Shown piece by piece: positions 1 to 10,857 of a stretch of DNA of 64,000 nucleotides. The translations under genes were made by a program, and so were the position numbers. The notes under the pieces are model-generated. The model had not been told where the DNA came from and searched no databases. It was given only the letters and a program-made list of their open reading frames with translations. The first letter of the stretch is position 1. Every line of letters starts with the position of its first letter. Origin of the DNA: Tabrizicola sp. (lineage in GTDB: Bacteria; Pseudomonadota; Alphaproteobacteria; Rhodobacterales; Rhodobacteraceae); NCBI RefSeq assembly GCF_022842145.1, contig NZ_JALHQD010000007.1, positions 84,441 to 148,440 of the forward strand, read 5' to 3'.

Positions 1-40
1 CCCGCTTCCGCGCCGCCCAAACTGCCATCAAGGACCTGAC

Positions 41-1342
41 ATGACCGACTTCTTCAAAGGCATTCCGCACATCACGTTCGAGGGTCCGGAGTCCCAGAAC
101 GAATTTGCCTTCCGCCACTACAATCCGGACGAAGTGGTCCTGGGCAAGCGGATGGAGGATCATCTGCGCTTTGCCGTCGCCTATTGGCACAGCTTTGCCT
201 GGCCGGGTGGCGACCCGTTCGGCGGGCAGACCCTGCAGCGCCCCTGGTTCGGCGACACGATGGATCTCGCGCGGCTCAAGGCCGACGTGGCTTTCGAGAT
301 GTTCGATATCCTGAACGTCCCCTTCTATTGCTTCCACGATGCCGACATGCGGCCGGAAGGCGCCACCTTCGCGGAATCGCTCAAGAACCTGAACGAGATC
401 GCGGATTACATCGGCGAGAAGCAGGCCAAGCATAAGGCCAAGCTGCTTTGGGGCACGGCGAACATGTTCAGCCACCGCCGCTGGATGTCGGGCGCGGCCA
501 CGAACCCCGACCCGGACGTCTACGCCTATGCAGCCGCGACCGTGAAGGCGAACATGGACGTGACGCACCGGTTGGGTGGCGCGAACTACGTCCTTTGGGG
601 CGGGCGTGAAGGCTATGAGACGCTGCTGAACACCGACCTCAAGGCCGAGCGCAACCATGCTGGCCGCTTCCTGCAGCAGGTGGTGGAGTACAAGCACAAG
701 ATCGGCTTCAAGGGCCAAATCCTGATCGAGCCGAAGCCGCAGGAGCCGTCGAAGCACCAGTACGACTATGACGTCGCGACGGTCTACGGCTTCCTGAAGG
801 ACTTCGGGCTGGAAAAGGAAGTGAAGACCAACATCGAACAGGGCCACGCGATCCTGGCTGGGCATTCGTTCGAGCACGAGATCGGGCTGGCCGCCGCGCT
901 GGGGATCTTCGGGTCGATCGACATGAACCGGAACGATTACCAGTCCGGCTGGGACACCGACCAGTTCCCGAACAACCACGCCGAAAAGGCCGTGGCCTTC
1001 TACGAGATCCTGAAGGCGGGCGGCTACACCACCGGCGGCACCAACTTTGACGCCAAGATCCGCCGTCAATCGCTGGACCCCGAGGATCTGATCCTGGCCC
1101 ATGTCGGCGGGATGGACACCTGCGCCCGTGCGCTGAAAGCCGCCGCCGCCCTGCTGGAGTCGGGCGAGATGGAGGCAGCGGTCAAGACGCGCTACGCCGG
1201 GTGGAACGACCCGAAGGCTCAGTCCATGCTGAAAGGCAGCCTGGAAGATGCCGCCGCGCGCGTCACGGCCGAGAAGCTGGAACCGCAGCCCAAGTCCGGA
1301 CGGCAGGAGCGGTTGGAGAACCTCTGGAACCGCTACGTCTGA
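41..1342 (+). CDS. xylA: xylose isomerase
   Basis: 433-aa ORF. Contains [14 protein letters not shown] and [18 protein letters not shown]-type motifs and the N-terminus [14 protein letters not shown]...FRHYNP typical of class II xylose isomerases. Confidence 0.95.
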   Translation: MTDFFKGIPHITFEGPESQNEFAFRHYNPDEVVLGKRMEDHLRFAVAYWHSFAWPGGDPFGGQTLQRPWFGDTMDLARLKADVAFEMFDILNVPFYCFHDADMRPEGATFAESLKNLNEIADYIGEKQAKHKAKLLWGTANMFSHRRWMSGAATNPDPDVYAYAAATVKANMDVTHRLGGANYVLWGGREGYETLLNTDLKAERNHAGRFLQQVVEYKHKIGFKGQILIEPKPQEPSKHQYDYDVATVYGFLKDFGLEKEVKTNIEQGHAILAGHSFEHEIGLAAALGIFGSIDMNRNDYQSGWDTDQFPNNHAEKAVAFYEILKAGGYTTGGTNFDAKIRRQSLDPEDLILAHVGGMDTCARALKAAAALLESGEMEAAVKTRYAGWNDPKAQSMLKGSLEDAAARVTAEKLEPQPKSGRQERLENLWNRYV

Positions 1343-1361
1343 ACGAGATTGCATCAAACCA

Positions 1362-1388
1362 GAAGGCCGGGGAATTGCCCCGGCCTTC
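1362..1388. terminator. GC-rich hairpin between convergent genes (bidirectional terminator candidate)
   Basis: GAAGGCCGGGG-aattg-CCCCGGCCTTC, an 11-bp perfect stem in the 52-nt gap between two convergent stop codons. Confidence 0.6.
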
Positions 1389-1394
1389 GTCGTT

Positions 1395-2237
1395 TCAGTC
1401 GCCGTCGGCCAGCAGTGCTGCCAGCCCCAGCGGATAGTCGGGATACAGAAGCTTCACCCCCAGCTCGTCCTTGATCCGGTCGTTCCTGACCTTCTTTGAC
1501 TCGCTGTAAAAGCCAAGCGCCATCGGGGTCATCGTTGGCGCGACCGCTTCGAAGGGCACCGCAGGTGGCTCGGGCATCCCCAGAAGCTGGGCGGCGTAAC
1601 CGATCACCTCTTGCGGCGGGCAGGGGTTGTCGTCGCAGACGTTGTAGGCCGCCCCGGGATTGGGCTGGCGCATCGAGGCTTCCAGCACCTGCGCGATATC
1701 GTCGACATGGATGCGGCTGAAGACCTGCCCCGGCTTGATGATCCGGCGGGCTGTCCCGTCGCGCACCTTCTCGAACGGGCCGCGGCCGGGGCCGTAGATG
1801 CCCGCGAGGCGGAAGATGTGGACCGGCAGGCCCGTGGCCAGCCACTGCCCCTCGGCCAGCACCCTTTGCCGCCCCCGGTCAGATTGCGGAGTGAGCGGCG
1901 TCGTCTCATCCACCCAGCCGCCGTCATGGTCGCCATAGACTCCGGTGGTCGAGAGATAGCCGACCCAACCCGCTTTCGACCGTGCAATTTCGGGCACCGC
2001 CTGCAGGAAGGGGTCGCCCTTCGCATCCGGAGCGGCGGAACAGAGGATATGCGTCGCCTCTTCCAGCACCCACTCCAGATCGCCGGGCCAAAGCAGCGGC
2101 TCCACGCCTTCGGCGCGGAACTTGTCGGCCTTGGCGGGGTTGCGGGTGGTACCGATGATCCGCCAGCCCTGGGGAACCAGAAGCCGGGCAAGAGCGCGGG
2201 CGGAATAGCCGTGACCAAGGGAAAGTAACGTGGACAT
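1395..2237 (-). CDS. NAD(P)-binding Rossmann-fold protein (SDR/epimerase superfamily)
   Basis: The real start is probably the ATG at 2237 (MSTLLSLGHGYSARALA...), not the 357-aa ORF start. N-terminal G-x-G-x-x-A dinucleotide fold and an epimerase-like body. Confidence 0.75.
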   Translation of the reverse strand: MSTLLSLGHGYSARALARLLVPQGWRIIGTTRNPAKADKFRAEGVEPLLWPGDLEWVLEEATHILCSAAPDAKGDPFLQAVPEIARSKAGWVGYLSTTGVYGDHDGGWVDETTPLTPQSDRGRQRVLAEGQWLATGLPVHIFRLAGIYGPGRGPFEKVRDGTARRIIKPGQVFSRIHVDDIAQVLEASMRQPNPGAAYNVCDDNPCPPQEVIGYAAQLLGMPEPPAVPFEAVAPTMTPMALGFYSESKKVRNDRIKDELGVKLLYPDYPLGLAALLADGD

Positions 2238-2327
2238 GGGGCGACTATCGGGGGGCGGGCAAGGCGAGGCAAGGGCTTGCGACATCCTGGATCGCATTCC
2301 ATGCTGAACAAGACGCGGAGGTGACAG

Positions 2328-2975
2328 ATGGAGCAGGGCAAGGACCAGGGGCTGAAGGGCGCGCTGGGGCTGGCGGGGCCAGAGGCCTGCCTGGCCTACT
2401 ACCGTCACTGGGCCGAGAACTACGACCAGGGGTTCGCGTCCGAGATGCAGTACCTCTTGCCCGCCCATGTTGCGGCGGCCTTTCTGGGATCACGGGGGCA
2501 GGGCCCGGTTCTGGATGTGGGCGCGGGCACGGGGCTTCTGGCCGCGGCGTTGCGGCAGATGGGGTTTACCGATCCGGTGGATGCCGTCGATTTCTCGGCC
2601 GCCATGCTGGAGCGCGCGGCCGAAAAAGGCATCTATGAGGGTCAGTTTCAGGCTGACATCACCAAGCCGCTAAGCCTGCCTCGGCGCTATGGCGGCATCG
2701 TTTCGTCGGGCACATTCACCGCGGGGCATGTCGGACCCGAGGCGCTGCCGCACCTGCTTTCGGTCGCCCGCCCGCAGGCGCAGTTCGCGCTGTCGATCAA
2801 CCGCCGGGTCTGGACCTCGGCGGGGTTCGACGTTGCGCTGGCGGATCTGGCGGACCAGAAGCGCATCACCGACCTTCACCTGATCGAAGTCGATGTCTAT
2901 GGCGCCGCTGCCGCCGGGATCGATGCCGAACATGCCGCCGACCGCGCTGCTATCGCGCTTTTCCGGGCCGCCTGA
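2328..2975 (+). CDS. class I SAM-dependent methyltransferase
   Basis: 215 aa with SAM motif I VLDVGAGTGLLAAAL. Divergent from the preceding gene. Confidence 0.8.
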   Translation: MEQGKDQGLKGALGLAGPEACLAYYRHWAENYDQGFASEMQYLLPAHVAAAFLGSRGQGPVLDVGAGTGLLAAALRQMGFTDPVDAVDFSAAMLERAAEKGIYEGQFQADITKPLSLPRRYGGIVSSGTFTAGHVGPEALPHLLSVARPQAQFALSINRRVWTSAGFDVALADLADQKRITDLHLIEVDVYGAAAAGIDAEHAADRAAIALFRAA

Positions 2976-3022
2976 TCTGTCATGATGGCTTCACTTGCGG
3001 ACCCGACCCGGTTTCGGCTTAT

Positions 3023-4522
3023 ATGCCGGATCAATTTGCAGGACCCGCAATGGACGACGCCCATACCATCCTTTCCCCAGAAGCCCCGGCGCATGAAAGC
3101 TTTACCAGTGCCGCCGCAGCCGTCGACCGGCTGGAGGCGCTGTATTCCCAGGCAACCCAGTTCCTGTCCGACCAGTTCCTGCGGACCGTGTCCAAGGGCC
3201 ATCCCGGCCGCCGAATTCGCGCCTACTACCCCGAAATCCGCCTGACGGTCAGCAGCTTCGACAAGGTCGACACGCGCCTGGCCTTTGGCCATGTCTCCAG
3301 CCCCGGGACCTATGCCACGACGGTCACGCGCCCCGACCTCTTTCGCAACTACCTGATCCAGCAGATCGAGCTTCTGATCCGCAATCACGGGGTGTCCGTG
3401 GATGTGGGCCTGTCGGAAACGCCGATGCCCGTCCACTTCGCCGTCTCTGGCAGCGCTGTCGCCATTCCGCAGGAAGGTGTGATGGACTTCTCGCTTCGGG
3501 ACGTGTTCGACGTGCCGGACCTGGTCACGACGAACGACGACATCGTCAACGGGGTGATGACCCGCTACGACGACGGCTCGGTGCCGCTGGCGCCCTTTAC
3601 CGCGCAAAGGGTGGACTACAGCCTTGCGCGCCTGTCGCATTACACCGCGACCGATCCGACGCATTTCCAGAACCACGTCCTGTTCACCAACTACCAGTTC
3701 TACGTTGACGAGTTCGAGGCCTACGCCCGCGCTGCCCTGGCCGACAGGTCTACGGGCTATACCGCCTTCGTCGCGACCGGGAACCAGGTGATCGAGACGG
3801 CCGACGGGGTGATCCACCCGGTCACCAAGATGCCGCAGATGCCGACCTATCACCTGAAACGGGCGGACGGGAACGGGATCACCTTGGTCAACATCGGCGT
3901 CGGTCCGTCCAACGCCAAGACCGCCACCGACCACATCGCCGTCCTGCGGCCCCATGCCTGGCTGATGGTCGGTCACTGCGCGGGCCTGCGCAACAGCCAG
4001 TCGCTGGGCGATTTCGTCCTGGCCCACGCCTACCTGCGCGAAGATCACGTGCTGGACGACGACCTGCCGGTCTGGGTCCCGATCCCGGCGCTGGCGGAAA
4101 TCCAGATCGCGCTGGAAAAGGCCGTGGCCGAAGTCACTCAGCTGGAAGGCTATGAGCTGAAGCGCATCATGCGGACCGGCACTGTCGCGACCATCGACAA
4201 CCGCAACTGGGAGCTGCGCGACCAGTCCGGCCCGGTCCGCCGCCTGTCGCAATCGCGCGCCGTGGCGCTGGACATGGAATCGGCCACCATCGCCGCCAAC
4301 GGGTTCCGGTTCCGTGTGCCCTACGGCACGCTTCTGTGCGTCAGCGACAAGCCTCTGCACGGCGAGCTGAAGCTGCCCGGCATGGCATCCGATTTCTACA
4401 AGACCCAGGTCAGCCGCCATTTGCAGATCGGCATCCGGGCGATGGAACGTCTGCGCGAAACGCCTATCGAACGGTTGCACAGCCGGAAACTGCGGTCTTT
4501 CGAGGAAACAGCCTTCCTTTGA
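3023..4522 (+). CDS. amn: AMP nucleosidase
   Basis: 499 aa. The C-terminal nucleoside phosphorylase-type core (LVNIGVGPSNAKTATDHIAVLRPHAWLMVGHCAGL, ALDMESATIAANG) and the length match Amn. The start could also be the Met at 3050. Confidence 0.88.
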   Translation: MPDQFAGPAMDDAHTILSPEAPAHESFTSAAAAVDRLEALYSQATQFLSDQFLRTVSKGHPGRRIRAYYPEIRLTVSSFDKVDTRLAFGHVSSPGTYATTVTRPDLFRNYLIQQIELLIRNHGVSVDVGLSETPMPVHFAVSGSAVAIPQEGVMDFSLRDVFDVPDLVTTNDDIVNGVMTRYDDGSVPLAPFTAQRVDYSLARLSHYTATDPTHFQNHVLFTNYQFYVDEFEAYARAALADRSTGYTAFVATGNQVIETADGVIHPVTKMPQMPTYHLKRADGNGITLVNIGVGPSNAKTATDHIAVLRPHAWLMVGHCAGLRNSQSLGDFVLAHAYLREDHVLDDDLPVWVPIPALAEIQIALEKAVAEVTQLEGYELKRIMRTGTVATIDNRNWELRDQSGPVRRLSQSRAVALDMESATIAANGFRFRVPYGTLLCVSDKPLHGELKLPGMASDFYKTQVSRHLQIGIRAMERLRETPIERLHSRKLRSFEETAFL

Positions 4523-4525
4523 GAG

Positions 4526-4566
4526 CCAAAAAAGCCGTCCGTCTGCAATTGGCCGCGGTTTTTTGG
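4526..4566 (+). terminator. amn terminator candidate
   Basis: CCAAAAAAgCCG ... CGGTTTTTTGG stem (one bulge) followed by T-rich GTTGATTTTGGGCTTT, 4 nt after the amn stop. Confidence 0.5.
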
Positions 4567-4685
4567 GTTGATTTTGGGCTTTAAACCGTGTGTCTGGGCC
4601 GGGACCCCGGAATGGGGGGACGCCCGCCATTTGCGGGTGGATACGTGCATATGACACGAAACGAATAACAACGAAGGATGATCCA

Positions 4686-4973
4686 ATGTCCAAACCGATG
4701 ACCAAGACCCAGCTGGTGGCTGCCCTCGCCGAAGAAATGGGCGGCGACAAGAAGACCGCGAATGCGGCTCTGGATGCAATTGCTGCGGTCGTGTCCCGCG
4801 AAGTCGCTGCTGGCGGCACCGTGACCCTGCCGGGCCTCGGCAAGGTGGCCTGCAAGGCCCGCCCCGAGCGTCAGGTCCGCAACCCGGCCACGGGCGAGAC
4901 GATGACTAAGGCCGCCGACAAGCAGGTCAAGTTCGCCATCGCCAAGGCGCTGAAGGATGTAGTCAACGGCTAA
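4686..4973 (+). CDS. HU family DNA-binding protein
   Basis: MSKPMTKTQLVAALAEEMGGDKKTANAALDAI...RNPATGE...VKF; 95 aa with the typical HU/IHF fold signature. GAAGGA Shine-Dalgarno (SD) upstream of the ATG at 4686. Confidence 0.9.
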   Translation: MSKPMTKTQLVAALAEEMGGDKKTANAALDAIAAVVSREVAAGGTVTLPGLGKVACKARPERQVRNPATGETMTKAADKQVKFAIAKALKDVVNG

Positions 4974-5000
4974 GGCTTCTCGCCTGTCGTTATGTGTGAG

Positions 5001-5031
5001 AGGGTCGTCCAAGGGGCGACCCTTTTGCTTT
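5001..5031 (+). terminator. rho-independent terminator of the HU gene
   Basis: AGGGTCG-tccaagggg-CGACCCT stem followed by TTTTGCTTTG. Confidence 0.6.
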
Positions 5032-5043
5032 GTGGAGGCACGC

Positions 5044-5409
5044 ATGGCCAAGGTCACCGGCATCGGCGGCATCTTCTTCCGGGCGCGCGACCCCGAGGCG
5101 TTGAACGCCTGGTACCAGACCCATCTTGGCATCACCCAGCCCGATCTGGCGGTCTGGATGCAAGAGGCCGGGCCGACGGTCTTTTCCCCGTTCAAGGCGA
5201 CGACGGACTATTTCGCGGCCGACAAGGAGTGGATGCTGAACCTGCGGGTCGATGATCTGGCCGGCCTTATGGCGCAACTTAAGGCCGCAGGGATCGCGGT
5301 TGAGACGCGGGCGGAGTGGGACGGCGACGGCAGCTACGGCATATTCGCCCGCATCCACGATCCCGAAGGGACGCCGATCGAGCTTTGGCAGCCGCCGTCA
5401 GGGACCTGA
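5044..5409 (+). CDS. VOC (glyoxalase/bleomycin-resistance fold) family protein
   Basis: MAKVTGIGGIFFRARDPEALNAWY...HDPEGTPIELWQP; about 121 aa, the usual VOC pattern. Confidence 0.75.
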   Translation: MAKVTGIGGIFFRARDPEALNAWYQTHLGITQPDLAVWMQEAGPTVFSPFKATTDYFAADKEWMLNLRVDDLAGLMAQLKAAGIAVETRAEWDGDGSYGIFARIHDPEGTPIELWQPPSGT

Positions 5410-5415
5410 AGCGGC

Positions 5416-6192
5416 TTAGCGGTCGCGGAACTGCGGCTGGCGCTTTTCCAGGAAGGCGGCCATGCCTTCCTTCTGGTCCTCGGTCGAGAACATCGCGTGG
5501 AACATCCGGCGTTCGAAAAGCAACCCCTCGGCGAGCGAGGTTTCCTGTGCGCGGTTGACGCATTCCTTGACGACGCGGGTGGTGACAGCCGATTTCTCGA
5601 CGATCTTCTGCGCGGCCTTCATCGCCTCTTCCATCAGAGCCTTCGCGGGGACCACGCGGCTGACAAGGCCGCAGCGTTCCGCCTCGGCGGCGTCCATGAA
5701 GCGGCCGGTTAGGTGCATGTCCATCGACTTCGACTTGCCCACGGCGCGGGTCAGGCGTTGCGTGCCACCCATTCCGGCGACGATGCCCAGGTTGATCTCG
5801 GGCTGGCCGAACTTGGCGCTGTCGGCCGCGATGATGAAATCGCACAGCATGGCCAGTTCGCAGCCGCCGCCCAGGCAATATCCGCTCACCGCCGCAATGA
5901 TCGGCTTGCGCGCGCGGGCGATGATCTGAGCCTCGGGGCCGAAGAGGTCGTCGAAATAGACGTCGATAAAGCTTTTCTCGGCCATCTCCTTCACGTCGGC
6001 GCCGGCCGCAAAGGCTTTTTCCGACCCGGTGATGACGATGCAGCGCACCCGTTCATTCGCCTCGGCCGCCGTCACGGCCGCCGCAAGCTCGCGCATCAGC
6101 GTCGAGTTCAGGGCGTTCATGGCGTCGGGGCGGTTGAGCCGGATCAGCGAGACATAGTCTTCGATCTCGACGATCAGCGTTTCATAGGCCAT
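5416..6192 (-). CDS. enoyl-CoA hydratase (crotonase family)
   Basis: MAYETLIVE...[11 protein letters not shown]...[17 protein letters not shown]...[12 protein letters not shown]; 258 aa from the ATG at 6192. Confidence 0.9.
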   Translation of the reverse strand: MAYETLIVEIEDYVSLIRLNRPDAMNALNSTLMRELAAAVTAAEANERVRCIVITGSEKAFAAGADVKEMAEKSFIDVYFDDLFGPEAQIIARARKPIIAAVSGYCLGGGCELAMLCDFIIAADSAKFGQPEINLGIVAGMGGTQRLTRAVGKSKSMDMHLTGRFMDAAEAERCGLVSRVVPAKALMEEAMKAAQKIVEKSAVTTRVVKECVNRAQETSLAEGLLFERRMFHAMFSTEDQKEGMAAFLEKRQPQFRDR

Positions 6193-6250
6193 GTCGGCCT
6201 CCTTCATGGCAGTCGGGGTGACTCCTAGCACCAATCGGCGCGTTGGCAAG

Positions 6251-7102
6251 TCACCTCTGGCAGGAGGGGCACCAGAAGGACGACCGGCCGGACTGCACCG
6301 TGCGGGTGATCGTCCCTGTGCAGGCCGGGGTCTCGCAGGGGTCGCCCTCACGGTCATACACCTGGAAATGCTTGGAAAAGTAGCCCAGCTCGCCGTTGGC
6401 CTGCCGGAAGTCGCGCAACGAGGACCCGCCCGCCTCGATGGCTTCCGCAAGCACCTCGCGGATGATCGGGACCAGACCGTTCGCTTCGGTTTCCGACAGG
6501 TCCCCGGCCAGCCGCAGTGGGCTGATCCGGGCGCGGAACAGGGTTTCCGCGACATAGATGTTGCCAAGGCCCGCCACGATGCGCTGGTCCAGAAGGGCGG
6601 CCTTGATCGGGGTCTTGCGGCCCTTCAGACGGGCGGCAAGATAGGGTTCGTTGAAATCGTTGCCGAAAGGCTCGGGTCCAAGGTCCTTCAGCAGCATGTG
6701 GTCCTGGGCGCGGTCGGTGGGCATCAGGTCCATCGCGCCAAAGCGGCGGGCGTCGTTGAAGGTGATCCGTGCGCCGCCGTCCATGTGCAGCACCACGTGG
6801 TCATGTTTCTGCGGCGCGGGGTGATCGTGGTAGAACGTCCCAAGCTGCGTGCCCGAGATCAGCATTCGTCCCGACATGCCCAGATGCACCAGCAGCGTCT
6901 CGCCGCTGTCGAGGTCGGCCAGGATATACTTCGACCGCCGCCGCAGCGCCGTGACGCGTTTGCCGGTCAGCCGGTCGGCCATCCGTTCGGGCAATGGCCA
7001 GCGCAGATCGGGACGGTTGACCTCGGCCTGCGCGATCACGGCACCTTCCATGACGGGAAGGAGCCCTCTGCGGACAGTTTCGACTTCGGGAAGTTCGGGC
7101 AT
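6251..7102 (-). CDS. mutM: formamidopyrimidine-DNA glycosylase
   Basis: N-terminal [14 protein letters not shown] and a C-terminal zinc finger (CxxC...CPSCQR); 283 aa. Confidence 0.95.
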   Translation of the reverse strand: MPELPEVETVRRGLLPVMEGAVIAQAEVNRPDLRWPLPERMADRLTGKRVTALRRRSKYILADLDSGETLLVHLGMSGRMLISGTQLGTFYHDHPAPQKHDHVVLHMDGGARITFNDARRFGAMDLMPTDRAQDHMLLKDLGPEPFGNDFNEPYLAARLKGRKTPIKAALLDQRIVAGLGNIYVAETLFRARISPLRLAGDLSETEANGLVPIIREVLAEAIEAGGSSLRDFRQANGELGYFSKHFQVYDREGDPCETPACTGTITRTVQSGRSSFWCPSCQR

Positions 7103-7105
7103 GAT

Positions 7106-7765
7106 CTACCTGGCTTTGCGCACCTGTTCCTGCGCGAAAAGCTTGAACTCTTCAATGCCCCGGCAGTGTTTCAGCACCTTGGCCTTGCCGCCCGGCGTGA
7201 AACGCAGGACCAGATCATAGGCCCCATCGTCGCCGATCCACTCCAGGTTTTTCCAGCGGTACTCTCGGCGGCTTAAGAACATCCGCGTGGTGACAAGGAT
7301 GTCACGGTTATAGCGGGCCTCAAACCCGAAGATGTAGAAGACCCCGTTCAGCGCGGCCAAGAACAGCAGCAGTTGCGGCACGATGGGCGGGACCGGCAAT
7401 TCGCGGAGCGCGGCGTCAAAGCCCTCCGAGCCAAAGCCGGGCAGAAAGAGGAAGCCGGTGATCGCCAGCGCAATCCCCGCCACCAGCAGGCGCACGCCGG
7501 GCGAGGGGCGCAGGATGCGGTCGTCCAGCGTGCGGGGCGCATCGCCCTTTGTGCCCAGCCGGGCCAGGGCGTCATATTGTTTCGGCAGGTCCGCCCCTTG
7601 CAGGAAACCCGCCGGGCCGATGGAGCCTTCGGTCCGATGCTTCTGGATCAACCGATAGCGGCGAAAGGCCGTGCGCCAGTGAAACCAGGCAATCGGCCCC
7701 AGAACGATGACCAATCCCAGCACGACCGGGACATAGCGCAGAACCAGTTCCAGACTCTGTGACAT
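7106..7765 (-). CDS. hypothetical multi-pass membrane protein
   Basis: 219 aa with three hydrophobic segments and a soluble C-terminal ~70 aa. Its stop lies 3 nt before the mutM start, so it is probably co-transcribed. Confidence 0.6.
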   Translation of the reverse strand: MSQSLELVLRYVPVVLGLVIVLGPIAWFHWRTAFRRYRLIQKHRTEGSIGPAGFLQGADLPKQYDALARLGTKGDAPRTLDDRILRPSPGVRLLVAGIALAITGFLFLPGFGSEGFDAALRELPVPPIVPQLLLFLAALNGVFYIFGFEARYNRDILVTTRMFLSRREYRWKNLEWIGDDGAYDLVLRFTPGGKAKVLKHCRGIEEFKLFAQEQVRKAR

Positions 7766-7851
7766 GCTTTGCCTTTCCCTGCGGCACAGTTGCAGGTTTT
7801 CCTTATCGCGGCTTCGGTATAACTCCTGTGTGGCACCAATCGGGCGGACCC

Positions 7852-8598
7852 ATGATCGAAGAACCCCAAGTCAATTTCGGCGAGAAGCTGGTCCCCGAGT
7901 CCGAGAAGGCCGGGATGGTGCATGAGGTCTTCACCCGGGTCGCCTCGAAATACGACATCATGAACGACGTGATGTCCGTCGGCATCCACCGGCTGTGGAA
8001 GGATGCGATGATGGACTGGCTGGCCCCGCGGCCGGGCCAGCGCCTTCTGGACGTGGCAGGCGGGACCGGCGACGTGGCGTTCCGCTTCCTGGGTCGTGCG
8101 CCCAGTGCCACCGCCGTGGTCTGCGACATGACCGAATCCATGCTGGTCGAGGGCCGCAAGCGGGCCGAGGCCGAGCGGCTACATGACCACCTGGACTGGG
8201 TCGTCGGCGACGCAATGGCGCTGCCGTTTCCCGACAACAGCTTCGACGTCTACACGATTTCCTTCGGCATCCGGAACGTCACCCGCATCCCCGACGCCCT
8301 GTCCGAGGCCTACCGCGTGCTGAAACCCGGCGGGCGGCTCATGGTGCTGGAGTTCAGCCAGATCCCCAACGACCTGCTGCAAAAAGCCTATGACCTGTAT
8401 TCCTACAATGTCATCCCGGTGATGGGCCAGATCATCGCCGGGGACCGTCCATCCTATCAGTACCTCGTCGAATCCATCCGAAAGTTCCCGGATCAGGAGA
8501 CTTTCGCCGCGATGATCCGCACCGCCGGGTTCGGGATGGTCAAATACCGCAACCTCTCGCTTGGCATCGCAGCACTTCATTCCGGCTGGAAGCTGTGA
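7852..8598 (+). CDS. ubiE: ubiquinone/menaquinone biosynthesis C-methyltransferase UbiE
   Basis: [25 protein letters not shown]...[13 protein letters not shown]...TISFGIRNV. Start placed at MIEEPQ (7852). Confidence 0.92.
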   Translation: MIEEPQVNFGEKLVPESEKAGMVHEVFTRVASKYDIMNDVMSVGIHRLWKDAMMDWLAPRPGQRLLDVAGGTGDVAFRFLGRAPSATAVVCDMTESMLVEGRKRAEAERLHDHLDWVVGDAMALPFPDNSFDVYTISFGIRNVTRIPDALSEAYRVLKPGGRLMVLEFSQIPNDLLQKAYDLYSYNVIPVMGQIIAGDRPSYQYLVESIRKFPDQETFAAMIRTAGFGMVKYRNLSLGIAALHSGWKL

Positions 8599-10127
8599 AG
8601 GGTCCGCACAACATCATCCGCCTGATCCGCACTGGCGCCACGCTGGAGCGGACCGGCGCCATGGACGTGGTGCTGGAAGCCTTCCGCGCGCCCCCCCGCC
8701 TGCGCTTTGCCGCCAGGATGCTGGGCTGGCCCTTCAAGTGGCTGGGTCTGAAGGGTGACCCCGAGCTGCCGCCCGCCACCCGCGCGCTGACCGCCCTTGG
8801 CCCGGCCTACATCAAGTTCGGCCAGGTCCTGTCCACCCGCCCGGACGTGGTGGGCGAGGAACTGGCGCTGCAGTTGAAGTACCTGCAGGACAAGCTGCCG
8901 CCCTTCCCCAGCGCCATTGCCAAGAAGATGATCGAGGCCGAGCTGGAGCTTCCGGTTTCGACCATTTTCTCGGAGTTCTCGGAGCCCGTCGCCGCCGCCT
9001 CCATCGCCCAGGTCCACCGGGCGCGGCTGGCGGATACGGGTGAGGAGGTTGCGGTCAAGGTCCTGCGCCCCGGCATCGAACGCGCGTTCCGCAAGGACAT
9101 CGACGCCTTCTACCTTGCCGCCCGCTGGATCGAACGCCTCGCGCCGTTCTCGCGCCGCCTGCGCCCAGTGGAGGTCATCACCCATTTCGAAGGCGTGGTG
9201 ATGGGCGAATTGGACCTGCGGCTGGAAAGCTCTTCGGCCGCCGAGTTCGCCGCGAACACCGAAAAGGACGAGGGCTTCCAGGTTCCAAAGCCGCACTGGT
9301 TCCTGTCCAGCCGCAACGTGATGACGCTGGGCTGGGCGGAAGGCATCGGGCTGAACGACAACGCCGCCATTGACGCGGCGGGCCACGACCGCACGGTCCT
9401 GGGTGCGCGCGTGTTGCAGCTGTTCCTGAACCACGCCCTGCGGGACGGGTTCTTCCACGCCGACATGCACCAGGGTAACCTGAAGATCGCGGCCAACGGC
9501 GACATCATCGCCTATGACTTCGGGATCATGGGCCGGATCGACGAGTACACCCGCCGGGTCTATGCCGAGATCCTGATCGGCTTCATCCGCAAGGATTACC
9601 GCCGCGTCGCCGAGGTGCATTTCGAGGCCGGTTACGTCCCCCCCGACCGCGACATCGACGAATTTGCCCGTGCGCTGCGTGCGGTGGGCGAGCCGATCTT
9701 CGGCATGGACGCCAGCCGCATCTCGATGGCGCGGCTGCTGGCCTATCTTTTCGAGGTCACCGAACGCTTCGGGATGGAGACGCGGACCGAGCTGATCCTG
9801 TTGCAACGCACGATGGTCGTCGTCGAAGGCGTGGCGCGCAGCCTGGACCCGCACATCAACATCTGGCAGGTCGCCAGCCCCATCGTCGAACGCTACATTC
9901 GCGAGAACATCGGGCCGAAGGCCGTGGTGCGCGACCTGCTGAAGACCGCCCGCGTCCTGGCGCGCTTCGGGCCAAGGCTTCCGGCCCTGGTCGAGGCGCA
10001 GCTGATCCGTTCGGGGAACCCGACCACGGTGGTCGTCCGGCCGCGGCGATCTGTGGTGCCGCTGCTTTGGATCATGGCGGTCGGACTGGCTTTCGTGGCG
10101 GGGATTTCGTTCGACCGTTTCTTCTGA
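8595..10127 (+). CDS. ubiB: ubiquinone biosynthesis regulatory kinase-like protein UbiB (ABC1 family)
   Basis: 510 aa. [20 protein letters not shown]...ASIAQVHRA...[11 protein letters not shown], with C-terminal TM segments. The GTGA start overlaps the ubiE stop. Confidence 0.92.
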   Translation: MKGPHNIIRLIRTGATLERTGAMDVVLEAFRAPPRLRFAARMLGWPFKWLGLKGDPELPPATRALTALGPAYIKFGQVLSTRPDVVGEELALQLKYLQDKLPPFPSAIAKKMIEAELELPVSTIFSEFSEPVAAASIAQVHRARLADTGEEVAVKVLRPGIERAFRKDIDAFYLAARWIERLAPFSRRLRPVEVITHFEGVVMGELDLRLESSSAAEFAANTEKDEGFQVPKPHWFLSSRNVMTLGWAEGIGLNDNAAIDAAGHDRTVLGARVLQLFLNHALRDGFFHADMHQGNLKIAANGDIIAYDFGIMGRIDEYTRRVYAEILIGFIRKDYRRVAEVHFEAGYVPPDRDIDEFARALRAVGEPIFGMDASRISMARLLAYLFEVTERFGMETRTELILLQRTMVVVEGVARSLDPHINIWQVASPIVERYIRENIGPKAVVRDLLKTARVLARFGPRLPALVEAQLIRSGNPTTVVVRPRRSVVPLLWIMAVGLAFVAGISFDRFF

Positions 10128-10145
10128 CCGCAGGGCGAGGTCGAC

Positions 10146-10187
10146 ATTCCTGCAAAGGAATTTCCAAGAGTTTTCGAAAATTCTTGG
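10146..10187. terminator. twin AT-rich hairpins between convergent ubiB and flgD
   Basis: ATTCCT-gcaa-AGGAAT followed by the near-perfect palindrome CCAAGAGTTTTCGAAAATTCTTGG. This is the only AT-rich patch in the area. Confidence 0.55.
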
Positions 10188-10190
10188 GTC

Positions 10191-10850
10191 TTACGACTGC
10201 GGTTCGCGCAAGGCGGTGACGTCGGTGGCAAGCACTTCGATGCCGCCTTCAAGCACCAGCCTTGTCCCGCCGGTGCCACCCCCCTTCGCCTCGATCACCC
10301 TCGCGTAATGCTCCACCGGGGTGGTCGAGATCACCCGGTCGCCGTTCAGGCTTTCCAGCGCGATGGAATAGTTGCCCGGCGGCAAGGGCGTGCCGTCGAT
10401 GCCCGCGCCCAGCCACTGATATGGCCGCGTGCTGACCGGAATCTCCTCGCGCGAGACGAGGGTTCCCTGGGCGTCCTTTACCACCAGCACCGTCCGGTCC
10501 GCGCCGACAGCGGGGTTGGGCGACAGGGTCACCGGCATGCCATCATAGCGGACCGGAGCCGCGGAGCGCGCTTCCTTGCCGATCCAGCTGGCCATTTCTG
10601 ACATGCCAAGCTGCTGGAACTTGCCCTGCATCTCGCCCAGAAGCTGGTTGGTCCGGACCTGCTGCTCCACACCGGAAAAGGTCGCAAGCTGGACTGCGTA
10701 GTCCGCAGAATCGAGGGGCTTCAGGGGGTCCTGGTTCTGCATCTGCACCGTCAGCATCCGCAGGAACGTGTCGAAATCGGAACTGATCTTCGAAGGTGCC
10801 GCCGTTGCAGGGGTCGTGGTCGGGGCGGTGGTCACAGAGGTGACGTCCAT
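10191..10850 (-). CDS. flgD: flagellar hook capping/assembly protein FlgD
   Basis: DFDTFLRMLTVQMQNQDPLKPLDSADYAVQLATFSGVEQ is the FlgD N-terminal signature; 219 aa. Confidence 0.9.
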   Translation of the reverse strand: MDVTSVTTAPTTTPATAAPSKISSDFDTFLRMLTVQMQNQDPLKPLDSADYAVQLATFSGVEQQVRTNQLLGEMQGKFQQLGMSEMASWIGKEARSAAPVRYDGMPVTLSPNPAVGADRTVLVVKDAQGTLVSREEIPVSTRPYQWLGAGIDGTPLPPGNYSIALESLNGDRVISTTPVEHYARVIEAKGGGTGGTRLVLEGGIEVLATDVTALREPQS

Positions 10851-10857
10851 TCTGGCC

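Noticed and set aside
2897-4855. 652-aa minus-strand ORF covering the whole amn gene and the HU upstream region
   Set aside because: It is a shadow ORF antisense to a well-supported gene. Its composition is Arg/Gly/Asp/His-rich and low-complexity, typical of stop-poor antisense frames in high-GC DNA, and it has no motifs.
8577-9854. 425-aa minus-strand ORF antisense to ubiB
   Set aside because: It lies entirely inside a strongly conserved gene on the other strand and has shadow-frame composition.
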